A stretch of 64,000 nucleotides of DNA from Eledone cirrhosa (GCA_964016885.1 OZ024760.1:19034001-19098000); one strand, 5' to 3'. Shown: positions 33,471-50,324, numbered from the stretch's first letter. Numbers and translations are program-made. Notes: generated by a model from the sequence alone, not told the origin.

Positions 33471-33780
33471 GTATTTAATTCTTCGTAGTACGAGCAGCAG
33501 CAGTAGTAGTAGTGTTAGTCATAGTGATAGCAGCAGTGTTAGTAGTAGTAGTATTAGTAGTAGTAGTAACAGTAGTAGTGTTAGTCATAGTGATAGCAGC
33601 AGTGGTAGTAGTAGTAGTATTAGTATTAGTGGTGGTAGTGACGTTTATGAGTTGTGTGTGATTGTATGGGAGGCCATGAAAGGCGTTGAGCATGGTTCTG
33701 TTAATCGCCTCTGTTTGTTGTATAGTGAGACGTGTTATAGCAGTGAAGACGACAAAAGGAAAGAATTGAATGGAGTGGAT

Positions 33781-33852
<72 letters not shown>

Positions 33853-33897
33853 TGTATATAAAAAGAGAGAGAAAGAGGAATTGGTAAACACACACAC

Positions 33898-33958
<61 letters not shown>

Positions 33959-34407
33959 TACATGGAAAGTTATATTTAAATTGTTGAGTTAACAACGAGT
34001 AAATATTTATAACTGATATAAAAGCACTCAACAAGTATTTGGAGTATATTTATGATATTAAATAAATGGAAACTATATTTATAAAACCATATTTATTTCA
34101 TTATATATATTTCAGGGATATCATATTAACAATATGTTATGCCTTCTTCAGACAAAATACAATATAAACAGTCTTATAAATAAATAGATACGACATACCT
34201 TTCAATCGACTTGCATTTGGGAGGTTGATTACCAAATCAACCTCCCAAATGCAAGTCGATTGAAAGGTATGTCGTATCTATTTATTTTAAGACTGTTTAT
34301 ATTGTATTTTGTCTGAAGTAGGCATAACATATTGTTAATATGATATCCCTGAAATATATATAATGAAATAAATATGGTTTTATAAATATAGTTTCCATTT
34401 ATTTAAT

Positions 34408-34412
<5 letters not shown>
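33959..34412. mobile_element. Family B palindrome (~360 bp) plus one-sided tail
   Basis: Symmetry about ~34232 from 34052 to 34412; tail 33959-34051; flanked by (TA)n. Confidence 0.82.
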
Positions 34413-34442
<30 letters not shown>

Positions 34443-34446
<4 letters not shown>

Positions 34447-34556
34447 AAATAAAATAATTTAAGTTAAATACTTAAAATTTGGCTTCGTTTATTAAAGGTG
34501 TACTGCTAATAATAAACGAAGCCAAATTTTAAATATTTGACTTAATTATTTTATTT

Positions 34557-34558
<2 letters not shown>
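34443..34558. mobile_element. Family F hairpin element
   Basis: AAAATTTGGCTTCGTTTATTA...TAATAAACGAAGCCAAATTTT; inverted copy at 40301-40410. Confidence 0.75.
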
Positions 34559-34588
<30 letters not shown>

Positions 34589-34600
34589 TGTATATATATG

Positions 34601-34651
<51 letters not shown>

Positions 34652-34675
34652 GATATATATGTATATATATGTATA

Positions 34676-34712
<37 letters not shown>

Positions 34713-34747
34713 GTATATATATGTATATATATATATGTATATATATG

Positions 34748-34807
<60 letters not shown>

Positions 34808-34820
34808 TATATTATATATG

Positions 34821-34868
<48 letters not shown>

Positions 34869-34978
34869 GTATATATATATATATATGTATATATATATGT
34901 ATATATATATATATATGGTATATATATATATATATGTGTATATATATATATATATGTATATATATGTATATGTATATA

Positions 34979-36705
34979 TCAGTGAACGATAAATGTGACA
35001 ACTATCAGCAACAAACCATCCAGTCACCAGTGAACGATATGTGGGTATGACGCAAGACAAATTCAAAACGCGTTATTACTCACATGTCGCATCCTTTCGA
35101 CATCCAGAAAAAAGATTTACAACAGCTCTGGCTAGCAGAATCTGGGATTTGAAAGACCAAGGCATCCAATATAAACTAGATTGGTCAATTTTGAACCAAT
35201 CTAAAAAATATGCTAGAGGAACAAGAAAATGCACGCTCTGCATAAATGAAAAATTTTGGATATTGCAAAATCTCAAATCACCAAAGACCTGCCTGAACAC
35301 AAAGACGGAAATTTTTACCCGTTGCCCCACACATGAAATCACACCTGCTTTCCAGCTCATATAAACTTAACACACTTTCAGACACTTATCCTCCATAAAC
35401 TCTGATTATTCTCTTTTTAATTACCCTTTCTGACTTACTTTCATTCTTATCCTTGTCGATAATTTCATTTATTTCACTTTTATTTATTTTTTTATTTATT
35501 TTTACTTCACCCCCCCCCCCCCCCCCCTTTATTCTCCGATCAACTTCCTATTTTCTATTTTTTACTTCCCCTTCTTTACTTCCTTTTTCCTCTACTAACT
35601 GATTATTCCTGTCTTTTGTGTTTTTCAATCCAGATATATTTTTCATTTTTATTTTTATTTTATTTTTGCGCAGCCTATCTTACGATTTTATATTTGTATT
35701 TATTTATCCACATTTCAATATGGCTGAACGCCTTAATGTTTGTATACTTTTTTTATATATGTACATGAGTGACTACGTATGTGCGCGCGCGTGCGTACAT
35801 GTATGTGTATATATATATATATATGTACGTGTATGTATGCGTGTGTGTACTGGTGTTTGTGTGTGTGCGTGTGTGTATATTATGCGTATGTGTAAGTGTC
35901 TTTATATCCGTGTTTTTTGACATTTCGGTTTTATATTTTTTGTTTCTTTTTTCTCCCCCCCCCCCCCCCTTCCCTCTTTTGTTACTTACCCAGTTTCATA
36001 CATGGGCATGCAAACAGGTTTATATGCGCGAGTATAAGTATGTGTGTGTGTGTATGTACGTATCGAACGTATGGACGTGTAAACGCGCGTGTGTATATAA
36101 GCATAATTATTTTTACATTTCTTTTGTGAGATACGCGTGTCTGTGTATGTATGTACCCCCGCCTTTTTTGTTTTCTTTAATTTTTTCTTTCTATCTTGTC
36201 TTTCTAATTTATCGTTACTATATTTTTATAAATATATCGTAATAGATACTTTTCTTTTATTTATTATACTCTCTTCATCTCCTTTCTTTCCGCATCTAAA
36301 TGTACGAGTGTCCAGGCGTTTTTATGCGCGCGACTTTATTTTCTTATTTTTACGAAGTAACCATTTCCGTCTGCATAATACAGACATATAGATACATTTG
36401 CCCTAAATTTTTATAATTACGCACACTTTCTAACCATACATTTACACGTGCACATATACATATATGCACATCTATGAGCGTATATACATACACATACACA
36501 CACCTAACTATTTTTCTTGATAGATTTTTATATATTTCAATTTCTATTTCATTTATCTATATATTTTTTTTGATTTTCTTGATGTGTTTTTCTAAGTATT
36601 TGCCCATGTTTTATATTGCCTCATCTGACGAACGAATGAAGTCGTTTATTTCGTATTCGCCTCATTCGGGAAACCTCTGGTAATGAGGTAATAATATTGT
36701 ATTGA
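34979..36705 (+). mobile_element. Penelope-like element 3' fragment (GIY-YIG plus long T-rich 3' region ending in an HHR)
   Basis: [21 protein letters not shown]...TTALASRIWDLKD..IQYKLDWSI...CTLCINEKFWIL...LNTKTEIFTRCP; bounded by (TA)n on both sides. Confidence 0.85.
36618..36689 (+). ncRNA. Type I hammerhead ribozyme with long stem II
   Basis: GCCTCAT-CTGACGA-A-CGAATGA...TCATTCG-G-GAAA-CC(TCT)GG-TA-ATGAGGT; all three stems pair, triplet GUA. Confidence 0.85.
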
Positions 36706-36709
36706 TTTT

Positions 36710-40300
<3,591 letters not shown>

Positions 40301-40500
40301 ATAAAATAATTAAGTCAAATATTTAAAATTTGGCTTCGTTTATTATTAGCAGTACACCTTTAATAAACGAAGCCAAATTTTAAATATTTGACTTAATTAT
40401 TTTATTTTACATTACTCCGGAGTAACCAAAGCTACCTGCGTACTTCGTCGAGTGCTCGAATCTGCATACTAGGGTCTCGGTAAACAACCAACATATACTG
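40301..40500. mobile_element. Family F hairpin plus one-sided tail
   Basis: Near-perfect hairpin 40301-40409 followed by ~90 nt of unique tail, then (TA)n. Confidence 0.75.
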
Positions 40501-40594
40501 AATATATATATATATATCTATATCTATATATATATATATATATATAAGCAGAAGGGATATTCAATTTGTTGGTAATTCAACAAATATAAATGTT

Positions 40595-41105
40595 TAGTTA
40601 ACCTCGGCGGGATTTGAACTCAGAAAGGCAAGGGTCGTAACTCAATGCGTCAAAGCATGGCGTCCGACACTCTACCGATACTGCCGACACATATAAATAT
40701 ATATACACTTGCACAAAGACATACCAGCTGCAATAGCAGATCTTCCCAACAAGAATCCATTGTATATATCTGCTGAAATGATCACACTATATGTAGAAGT
40801 AATTTGTTAGTAATGAAGTATGTGAAGTCCCCTCAGCAACAGCAGTAGCATCAACAAGAACGGCAACAGTAACAACAACAGCAACAAAAACAACAGAACC
40901 AATACTAATAATTGTCTGTAAGTTTGGCACAAGGTCTGCAATTGGAACGGAAGGAGAGTCGATTAAATCGACCCCAGTATGTTACAGGTACTTTATTTTA
41001 TCGACCCAGTATGTATGAAGGGCAAAGTTAACTCGTCGGCATTTGAACTCAGAACGTAAGGGGCCGTAATTCTATGCCGATGCTTTAACAATACCCACCA
41101 ATCCA
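40595..41105 (-). mobile_element. tRNA-derived SINE fragments (40595-40690 and 40920-41105)
   Basis: GTTAACCTCGGCGGGATTTGAACTCAG and related motifs. Confidence 0.75.
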
Positions 41106-41255
41106 ACAACAACAATAATATGGTAACACAAATATTCCCTTTGATAAAAGGGACTCTGGGAATGATAAAAGAATCACACCCACACATCTGTACACACACA
41201 CACACAGATATATAACTAAGACACCAGGACTTACAAATATATATATATAATATAG

Positions 41256-41362
41256 AAAGGGCTTCTCCAGTACTAGAACTGTTTCTTTCGAAGGAAATCA
41301 TCAAGCTTTCCTGATGATGATTTCCTTCGAATGAAACAGTTCTAGTACTGGAGAAGCCCTTT
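41256..41362. mobile_element. Palindrome with inverted HHR-like cores, related to 30441-30514
   Basis: CTGATGA(TGA)TTTCCTTCGAATGAAACAGTTCTAGT and its mirror. Confidence 0.65.
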
Positions 41363-41381
41363 ATAAATAATATAAGCCCTT

Positions 41382-41412
<31 letters not shown>

Positions 41413-41439
41413 ATGTATAATAAACAATATAATATAATT

Positions 41440-41509
41440 ACCTCATTACCAGAGGTTTCCCGAATAAGACGAATACGAAAAACGCCCTCATTCGTTCATC
41501 GGACAAGGC
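41440..41509 (-). ncRNA. Hammerhead ribozyme homologous to 36618-36689
   Basis: Minus strand GCCTTGT-CCGATGA-ACGAATGAG...CTTATTCGG-GAAA-CCTCTGG-TA-ATGAGGT; core has a U-to-C change. Confidence 0.7.
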
Positions 41510-41984
41510 AATTTAAAACAGTGAAATATTTGAAAAATCTCCTCAAGAAAGGCAAGAGTTTAACGGGCAAAAAAAACAAACCAAGAGATATATAAAAAAA
41601 TAAGGAAATATAGATAGGGTATGTGTATAAATGTGTATATATTCACTCACAAATGTACATTTGTGAGTGAATATATACAAATGCATGTGTATAGTGAAAA
41701 TGTGCGTAAGTGCGTATATGAGGGCAAGCATAATAGTGTATGAGTGACCAATACGTATATAATATAAGTTGAAAAATAATGTACATCTAGATTTAGGTAT
41801 TAAATATATACACATACAAGTATAAACACACACGCGCGATCATTTATATGCGGAAGATAAAAAGGGAAGGGAGTGTATTAGTAAAAATATATATATAATA
41901 TATTACGAAATAACATCAAAAATAACACTGCACACGTCCAAGGCACAATGAGTTGTGTTGAGGAATGCACTGACGACATGCAGT

Positions 41985-42049
<65 letters not shown>

Positions 42050-42702
42050 GCGCATTAAATAATAATAATAATAATGATAATAATGAAAACGCCATCGTAA
42101 GCAGCAATAAATAAATGAAACCAAGAAGAGAAGCATTTGAAATTATCAAAGTATCAATAACGGTAGGAACCGATCAATAAGGTTAAAACACCTTGTATTG
42201 ATAGCAAGGTTTGTGAGAAATCGTAAAATAGAAATAGAACTAAAAAATTAAATTATCAAACCTGCTTCCATATGTAATTAGAAGCAGTGTTAACATCGTT
42301 GATAAGATAGTGTAATACTAACAAGATTTTGAGCATAAAGCTCTTTCCCAGAGGTGGGGAAAAAACAGCGGAAGCAACATATTTAACACATTCTCAGCAA
42401 ACTTCATCGATGGATTATGAAGGGTGTTAGGTTTTTATTTTTTAGGGGGGGGGGGGGGGGTTATGTCATAGGATTTGATGTGAAAACAGCAGAAAAAAAA
42501 ACAGAACAAAAACTGCTTAGAATGCAAACAGTCGTGCATCATTTGAGATAAGATGTTGTAGAATATATGAATACAGTATGTGGATATATACATACTAGAC
42601 GTATGTATGTATGTGTGTGTGTATGTGAGAGTGTATAGATGTGCCCAAAAAGGTATATTTGTATGTCGCCCGTCCCCTTACTCTATTTTATTTCTCATTC
42701 TT

Positions 42703-42738
42703 TCTTCTGAGGAAGGACTAGCGTCCGAAACGTTAAGA
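42703..42738 (+). ncRNA. Minimal type I hammerhead ribozyme
   Basis: TCTT-CTGAGGA-A-GGAC(TAGC)GTCC-GAAA-CG-TT-AAGA; palindromic stem III (AACGTT). Confidence 0.82.
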
Positions 42739-42839
42739 CCCTCTTCCTCCTATATCAAGCGATAACCTAATATATACCTTCCATATACTGTACCGATTGT
42801 GTTGTTATTTCTGTTTACCTTTTACACACACACGCACAC

Positions 42840-42872
<33 letters not shown>

Positions 42873-43229
42873 CATATATATATATATATATAACAAAGAA
42901 GGTGTGGTAAGAAACCAGGTGGACCATAACGCACCAGGGAACTCGATACTTAGGGTAGTAGAGTAGGTATTTTTCCTGTATATATATATATATTGACTCT
43001 CAACACAATACACTCACAGGATGTTTTTCAAAATACAACTTCCTTCTATGAAGAAAAACCAGTAACCTTCTCTTTCTACCCAATTTTTCAGCAACAAGGA
43101 TGGAAGAACATTTATTCCAAACATTTGATTTTAATTTTAAACCTTTCATTTTTAACTCCTATTAATTCTTTTAAATTTTTTACAATGGATTTTTAAGATG
43201 GATTTTAATAATACATCGAAACCGGTAAT

Positions 43230-43375
43230 ACTTCATATACTTTATATACATTATATACATTATATACATTATATACATTATATACTTTATATACATTATA
43301 TACATTATATACATTATATACATTATATACTTTATATACTTTATATACTTCATATACTTTATATACATTATAAAC
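43230..43375. repeat. 9-bp minisatellite TATATACAT
   Basis: Direct reading. Confidence 0.85.
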
Positions 43376-43469
43376 ATTTTAAAAAAAGAATTGTCCCTCT
43401 CATTTTTTAAAATAATGTTATCTTTTCAATAATTGTTTTGGGACAAATTACTTTCAATTACTTTCAATT

Positions 43470-43650
43470 ACTTTTGGCACAAGGCCAGCAATTACCCAGT
43501 GTATTATTGGTACTTTATTTTATCGACCCCGTAAGGATGAAAGGCAAAGTTAAACTCGGCGGGATTGGAACTCAGAATGGCAAGGGCCGTAACTCTATGC
43601 GTCAAAGCATGGCGTCCGACCCTCTACCTATACTGCCAATCCACCGCCCT
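43470..43650 (-). mobile_element. tRNA-derived SINE
   Basis: Full family sequence in reverse. Confidence 0.85.
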
Positions 43651-43714
43651 TATCCTTTCAATAATGTCACTTTGACGAATCAAAAAAGAAAAACAGACCC
43701 TTAAATATATTTTC

Positions 43715-43853
43715 CGTGAACAATTGTTTCACCTTAGCGGATCCTCAGCTCGTAATGGGCATGGTTATACGGAACAGGAAGGACAACCGTACGATTGTCC
43801 TTCCTGTTCCGTATGCGAGCTGAAGATCCGCTAAGGTGAAACAATTGTTCTGG
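43715..43853. ncRNA. Palindrome with a hammerhead on each strand (plus 43816-43853, minus 43715-43752)
   Basis: CGAG-CTGA(A/G)GA-TCC(GCTAA)GGT-GAAA-CAATTG-TT-C(T/A)(G/C)G; palindromic stem III; one mismatch in each stem I. Confidence 0.7.
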
Positions 43854-43882
43854 GTATGGTGAACTAACTGTTGTGTAACCAC

Positions 43883-43929
<47 letters not shown>

Positions 43930-43934
43930 TATAT

Positions 43935-44135
43935 TTATTAAAATAACAGATTAAAGTTTAAGCAAAGAATCGCTGCTTGAAGATCCCGTTAAGGGTGAAA
44001 GCAGCGATTCTTTGCTTAAACTTTAATCTGTTATTTTAATAAATATTTGCTCTACGGTTCTTATATATTTGATATATATTTATCCTTATCGCGCCCTCTT
44101 TGGATTTTAGTCTTCAAATTTATTATTATTACTAT
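43935..44135. mobile_element. Family C hairpin plus tail in (TA)n
   Basis: Inverted repeat 43935-44043 enclosing TTGAAGA-TCCCGTTAAGGGT-GAAA. Confidence 0.75.
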
Positions 44136-44497
44136 ACATATATATATATATATATAGTTAAGTATATAAGTACGCATACGTGTGCACACTTACATTTATT
44201 TATCAGCCGTGCTAGGGCGTGAAATAAAATTCTAATTTAATACTGGTATCATTCTATTCTGTCTATAAAAAAGTTTACCTGGTCAGGAGTCGACTAAATG
44301 AGTCTTATTGAAAAGGAAAAACAAAGAACCCTTTCTTTCACTCTGGCCAAAATGGCAGCTAAGTAGTCCGTAAATCTTACATTGGTATCTTGGTAAAAGA
44401 TAGAAGTGTTCGGAAGATGTGATCGTGTGACTGACTGGATCTCGTTTTGATGATTGCTCTTATCAGTCTGACTTGGCTGGGAGTAAGGCTTAAACGT

Positions 44498-45148
44498 CAC
44501 CATCACTACAACTACTACTACCACCACTACCACTTCCACCACTACCACTTCCACCACCGTCACCACCACTATTACAATAACTACCACTACCACAACCACC
44601 ACCATCATCACCATCATTAATACAACCACGACCGCCACCACCATCATCAACAACACCAGCAAAACCATCATTATCACTAGCACCACTACTACCACCACCA
44701 CTACAACCGCCATTACCACCACCATCACTTCCACGACTACTGCCACCACCAATACAACGACCACCTCTATCATCAACACCTCCACTATCACCACCACAAC
44801 GAAAGCCACCACCACTACCACTACGACTAATACGAAGACTACCACAACTAACACCATCAGCAGCACCACAACCACTATCACCACCACTGCAACCACCACC
44901 AACACCACCACCACCAACAAGAACAACAATAATAGCCACCACCACAACCAACAACAACAATAATAGCCACCACCACCACCACCAACAACAACAATAATAG
45001 CCACCACCACCACCACCAACAACAATAATAGCCACCACCACCACCACCAACAACAACAACAATAATAGCCACCACCACCACCACCACCACCACCACCAAC
45101 AACAACAATAATAGCCACCACCACCACCAACAACAACAACAATAATAG

Positions 45149-45179
<31 letters not shown>

Positions 45180-45200
45180 TAGCCACAACAGCCAACAACC
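44498..45200. repeat. CAC/CAA low-complexity tract
   Basis: Direct reading. Confidence 0.9.
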
Positions 45201-45563
45201 GGCAAGCTATATAACTATATAAACTTATAGATTCACTTCCAGTCACGTGATCAGTCAAAATGTCAGATGGTGGTATTTACGGACGCCATTGTTAATGTAT
45301 AGAGATATTACAATTTATATTTCTAAGCATATATATATATAGATGTTTGAAATATATAACTATAAACATGATTTTTATATTCTGCACGGAATTGAATCGT
45401 TTGATAAACATTCAGAAAAATATTGGGGTTGTAAATCGAAGCACTGATCTTATGTGTGTATGGTTTTATATTTTATCATAAATTGTTTCATACATGTACA
45501 CAAGCCTTTATAAAATGAACTCGTTAGTTTCTGTTCTTTCAATTCTCTCAGTCTATGTATGTA

Positions 45564-45638
<75 letters not shown>

Positions 45639-45773
45639 ATAATAAATATTTTAATAAATATATATATATATGTAGATATGTGTGTGTGTGTGTATATATA
45701 TATATATCGGTAACTTCTCTCTCTCTCTATATATATAAATATATATATATATATGTATTTATATCGGTAACTT

Positions 45774-45815
<42 letters not shown>

Positions 45816-45848
45816 AAATACATATATATATGTATTTATATCGGTAAC

Positions 45849-45908
<60 letters not shown>

Positions 45909-45929
45909 CTAACTTCTCTCTCTCTCTAT

Positions 45930-45990
<61 letters not shown>

Positions 45991-46474
45991 ATCGGTAATG
46001 TCAATTATATGCTATGGTGGAGTTCTAAATTCAAGATAGAAAAACTGTTGTTACACATTTTCAATATAACTTCTAAACATAAGCAATTTGCATTATATAT
46101 ATAATGTATATAAGCAATTTGCATTTATGTGAGTTTTAACATTCTATAGTAACAGATGTAAACGTTATAGTTTATACGCGTGGGTTGTGATTAAAATTAT
46201 GGTAGTAGTAACATCGTGTGAGTTGACAGGGTCGTTGGAGCATCGAATAGAATGTTTTTTTGGTATTCGTTCCGGCTCTGTGCGCCCTGTGTTCAGATCC
46301 CGCCGAAGTCAGCTTTGTCTGTTATGTTTTTTCGGTGCGGTGTAGGGTATAACACTCAATCATTATAGTACTCAACCATTCACTCACTTTCTCTCTTCTC
46401 TCCTCTCTCTCTTTCCTACTCTGAAAGAAATATCCGCCAAGTTTAAAAGGCCCAATGTCAGGAGTTACTTAATA

Positions 46475-47745
46475 TTAGGAGGGATGTCGGGACAAATTCC
46501 CCAAACACTCCTCCCAACGGGTTCTCTAAGAAGCAACCGTCTGGAACTAATCCGGCTGGATTTCTAAGCGAGATCAGCCGAGATCATGGATCTTGTCCAA
46601 CCATCTTGCTCGGGGATTACCCCTGGATGCTCTACAGGCTAGTTTTGCCCGTAAACTCTGTCCAGGGATTATTTCCTGAGGCATTCTATCCACATGCTCA
46701 TAGTATCGGATTTGTGATCTCCCGATTCGGAGAAGTAGAATCTCAACCTAGTGCGATTTTCTCTGATCTCTAAGCTCCACACTCTATCGAGTGTGACGTT
46801 ACTCGAGAGACCCAATGTCTACCTCTGGCCCTCCTGCCAATTGGCTTTTACCCGTAAAATCTTTCCTGAGACATTTTAACCATATGTTTGTAGTATCGGA
46901 GCTGTGATCTCTGAATTCAGAGATTCTTTCCTGAGACACTCTAACCACATGTCCATAGTATCGGAGCTGTGATCTCTCAATTTAGAGAAGGACCAGCTCT
47001 ACCTGGCATGACTCCTGTGATTCTTTCCTGAGACATTCTAACCACATGTCTATAGTATCGGAGCTGTGATCTCTCAATTCAGAGATTCTTTCCTGAGACA
47101 TTCTAACCACATGTCTGTAGTATCAGAGCTGTGATCTCTCAATTCAGAGATTCTTTCCTGAAACATTCTAACCACATGTCTGTAGTATCAGAGCTGTGAT
47201 CTCTCAATTCAGAGATTGTTTCCTGAAACATTCTAACCACATGTCTATAGTATCGGAGCTGTGATCTCTCAATTCAGAGATTCTTTCCTGAGACATTCTA
47301 ACCACATGCCCATAGTATTGGAGCTGTGATCTCTCAATTCAGAGATTCTTTCCTGAGACATTCTAACCACATGTCTATAGTATCGGAGCTGTGATCTCTC
47401 AATTCAGAGATTCTTTCCTGAAACATTCTAACCACATGTCTATAGTATCGGAGCTGTGATCTCTCAATTCAGAGATTCTTTCCTGAAACATTCTAACCCC
47501 ATGTCTATAGTATCGGGGCTGTGATCTCTCAATTCAGAGATTCTTTCCTGAGACATTCTAAGCACAAGTCTGTAGTATCAGAGCTGTGATCTCTCAATTC
47601 AGAGATTCTTTCCTGAGACATTCTAAGCACATGTCTATAGTATCAGAGCTGTGATCTCTGAATTCGGAGAAATAGCAGCTCTACTCGAAGTGACCTTATG
47701 GACTCCAAGCTACACACTCTTTCATGTAACGTTACTTTAAACGTC
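46475..47745 (-). mobile_element. Decayed RTE-like LINE 3' end containing a 65-bp internal tandem array
   Basis: Minus-strand translation IRRSQIRYYEHVDRMPQE...SRGNPRARWLDKIHDL...RWEECL; the 65-bp unit encodes IERSQLRYYRHVVRMSQER. Confidence 0.78.
47020..47670. repeat. 65-bp minisatellite, ~10 units plus 2 upstream
   Basis: ACCACATG at 47041, 47106, 47171, 47236, 47301 and onward. Confidence 0.92.
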
Positions 47746-48204
47746 ATTTCAGAGTCCATACATATATGTATTATAAATTAAAACAAATATTTATTATCAA
47801 ACAACGTTTCATTTTATTGTTGTTATATTAGAAGTAACAATTCTTTGAAATATGTTGTATTAACGCATCATGTTACTCATCTGTTTCCTGTAATGTCGTC
47901 TCATAACAATTTCAATCAGCTTTTCTTTCCTTTCCCTTTGCTGTCGTCTTTTGTGTTACATTAAAATAACAAACGAACGAACATTATTTATTTCATTAAT
48001 AACAGTTTGTGAAGAGAATTATTCGAGGCTTTATAGTATTCTAAAATGACATAGAAACGAGAGAAGCCGATCAGTGCCAATGTTTGTAGAAATCATTTGA
48101 AGAGAGTTGTTACTAACTATTCTGTTGATGTCGGTGGTTCTATTACCATTTTTCTCTGTTTGATTGCTGCAAGTTATTGCTTTCTACGTCACGCAATGTT
48201 TCGA

Positions 48205-48455
48205 AGTGGTGGATTGGCAGTTACGTCCCTTTACAGATTGAGTTCAAATCCCGCCGAGGTTAACTTTGCCTTTCATCCTTACGGGGTCGATAAATTAAAG
48301 TACCAGTAATACACTGGGATAATTGCTGGTCTTGTGCCAAAAGTAGAAGCAGTTATTATTTAACTTTGACTTTCATCCTTACAGGGTCGATAAAATAAAG
48401 TACCTGTAATGTACTGGGTAATTGCTGGCCTTGTTCCAAAAGTAGAAACAATTAT
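48205..48455 (+). mobile_element. tRNA-derived SINE with tandem partial copy
   Basis: GAGTTCAAATCCCGCCGAGGTTAACTTTGCC. Confidence 0.8.
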
Positions 48456-49006
48456 TATTTATTTCATTAATAACAGTTTGTGAAGAGAATTATTCGAGGC
48501 TTTATAGTATTCTAAAATGACATAGAAACGAGAGAAGCCGATCGGTGCCAATGTTTGTAGAAATCATTTGAAGAGGGTTGTTACTAACTTTTCTGTTGAT
48601 GTCGGTGGTTCTATTACCATTTTTCTCTGTTTGATTACTGCAAGTTATTGCTTTCTACGTCACGCAATGTTTTCAAATGGGACATGGTATCTCTAGCATA
48701 ATATTTCCACTCATAATCTTGAAAACACTCAAATAGGAAATAAAATAACCTGAGGAGGAGCCAATAGAGAGATGCATGCTGGCATTATGCCACTTTACGC
48801 AGCATATAACATATTGAGCGTAGTTGAAATTGATATAAATATCATAGTTTATCTTGATCATCTATAAAAGTGAAATTCGTTAAGATGGCCGTTTATGTTA
48901 AATTATTCCATTGCACTTCCAATTTCAAATACATTTGCATGGTGTAATCATTAATTAGGCGGTGAATTAGCAGAGTAGTTAGAACGTCGGATAGACTGCT
49001 TTATGA

Positions 49007-49080
49007 CAGTGGTGGGCAATAGGCGGCACGTGGGCCACAATCCGGGCCGCAAGACCAGTCAGAATGGCCCGTGATAAACC
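49007..49080. mobile_element. Possible hAT-type DNA transposon terminus
   Basis: CAGTGGTGGGCAATAGGCGGCACGTGGGCCACAATCCGGGCCGC resembles CAG-starting hAT/Charlie ends; no partner end found. Confidence 0.4.
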
Positions 49081-49192
49081 GCCGTTTTTAATTTTTACCT
49101 TGTAGGCTTGTTTAGAATCTTTTTCGTAACCGTAATACAATCTTCTGTTAACCTAAAAGCGTGTTTCGAACATATTCTCTCTCTCTCTCTCA

Positions 49193-49245
<53 letters not shown>

Positions 49246-49906
49246 AGACACACACACACACATATTTCTAAACGCTGAGGATGCGTGTGAGAGGTAATAA
49301 AACCCATAAAAGTTAAGTCATTCACGTACAGTTTATTAAATAAATGCTTTAACAATGAAATTAGTTATGGAAAGTTTCCGTGTAATAAACGTTATCAAAT
49401 TAAGTACATCAAATATAAATAAATTATAAACTACAACATGGTGATGACCTACACTACTACAATATGGCGGAAAAGAAAGAAATCTCTTCTTTAAAAAAAA
49501 AAAAAGCACCCATTTTATTTTCCAACTACATAACCATAAATTCAATTTATTTTTGTAAATATTGCCATAAAATTATGGTTGTCATCGAAAATAAAAAAAA
49601 CAACAAAATGGCCTTTAATATTCACTGATTGAATAATCTAATTAGATCAATCTAATTGGTTTTATAGATTAATTGTGGAATCGAATATCTACTACTGGAA
49701 CAAAATGTTTTAGTTCAACGTTTTGTCTTAGTTACACGTTTATTGCTACAATAGACCGTTATTTAGAAAGAGTCGGTGTATAAGTCTATTATTACAGAAA
49801 ACAGATGAGTACACCTATATCTGTGTTGAAGTTCGATATATATAATAAATGAATTATTATAATGCATCAAGGATTAGTAATAATACTAATCATTGGTCTT
49901 CTTGGA

Positions 49907-49968
<62 letters not shown>

Positions 49969-50234
49969 TCTATATATATATAGTATAATATCTATTACTT
50001 GTTCCAACCGATAGGCTCAGGTCATGGTGAGGCACCGCCAATAAAATGCATTAAACGTCGCCGATAGGATATATATATATGTATGTATATATATATATAT
50101 TATATATATATGTATATATATTTAATGCAACAATTTATTTAATGCAACAAGATTATTGATTCTGTCAGATTAAAGAAAAACAATACAAAATAAAATCTTT
50201 AACTATACTTCTGTGCATTTTCACCTTCACTTTT

Positions 50235-50280
<46 letters not shown>

Positions 50281-50285
50281 TATAC

Positions 50286-50324
<39 letters not shown>

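Noticed and set aside
34443-34558. Hammerhead or miRNA precursor in the family F hairpin
   Set aside because: No CUGANGA box; a repeat-derived hairpin alone does not support a miRNA call
47020-47670. CRISPR-like 65-bp periodicity
   Set aside because: The whole unit repeats without spacers and derives from RTE coding sequence
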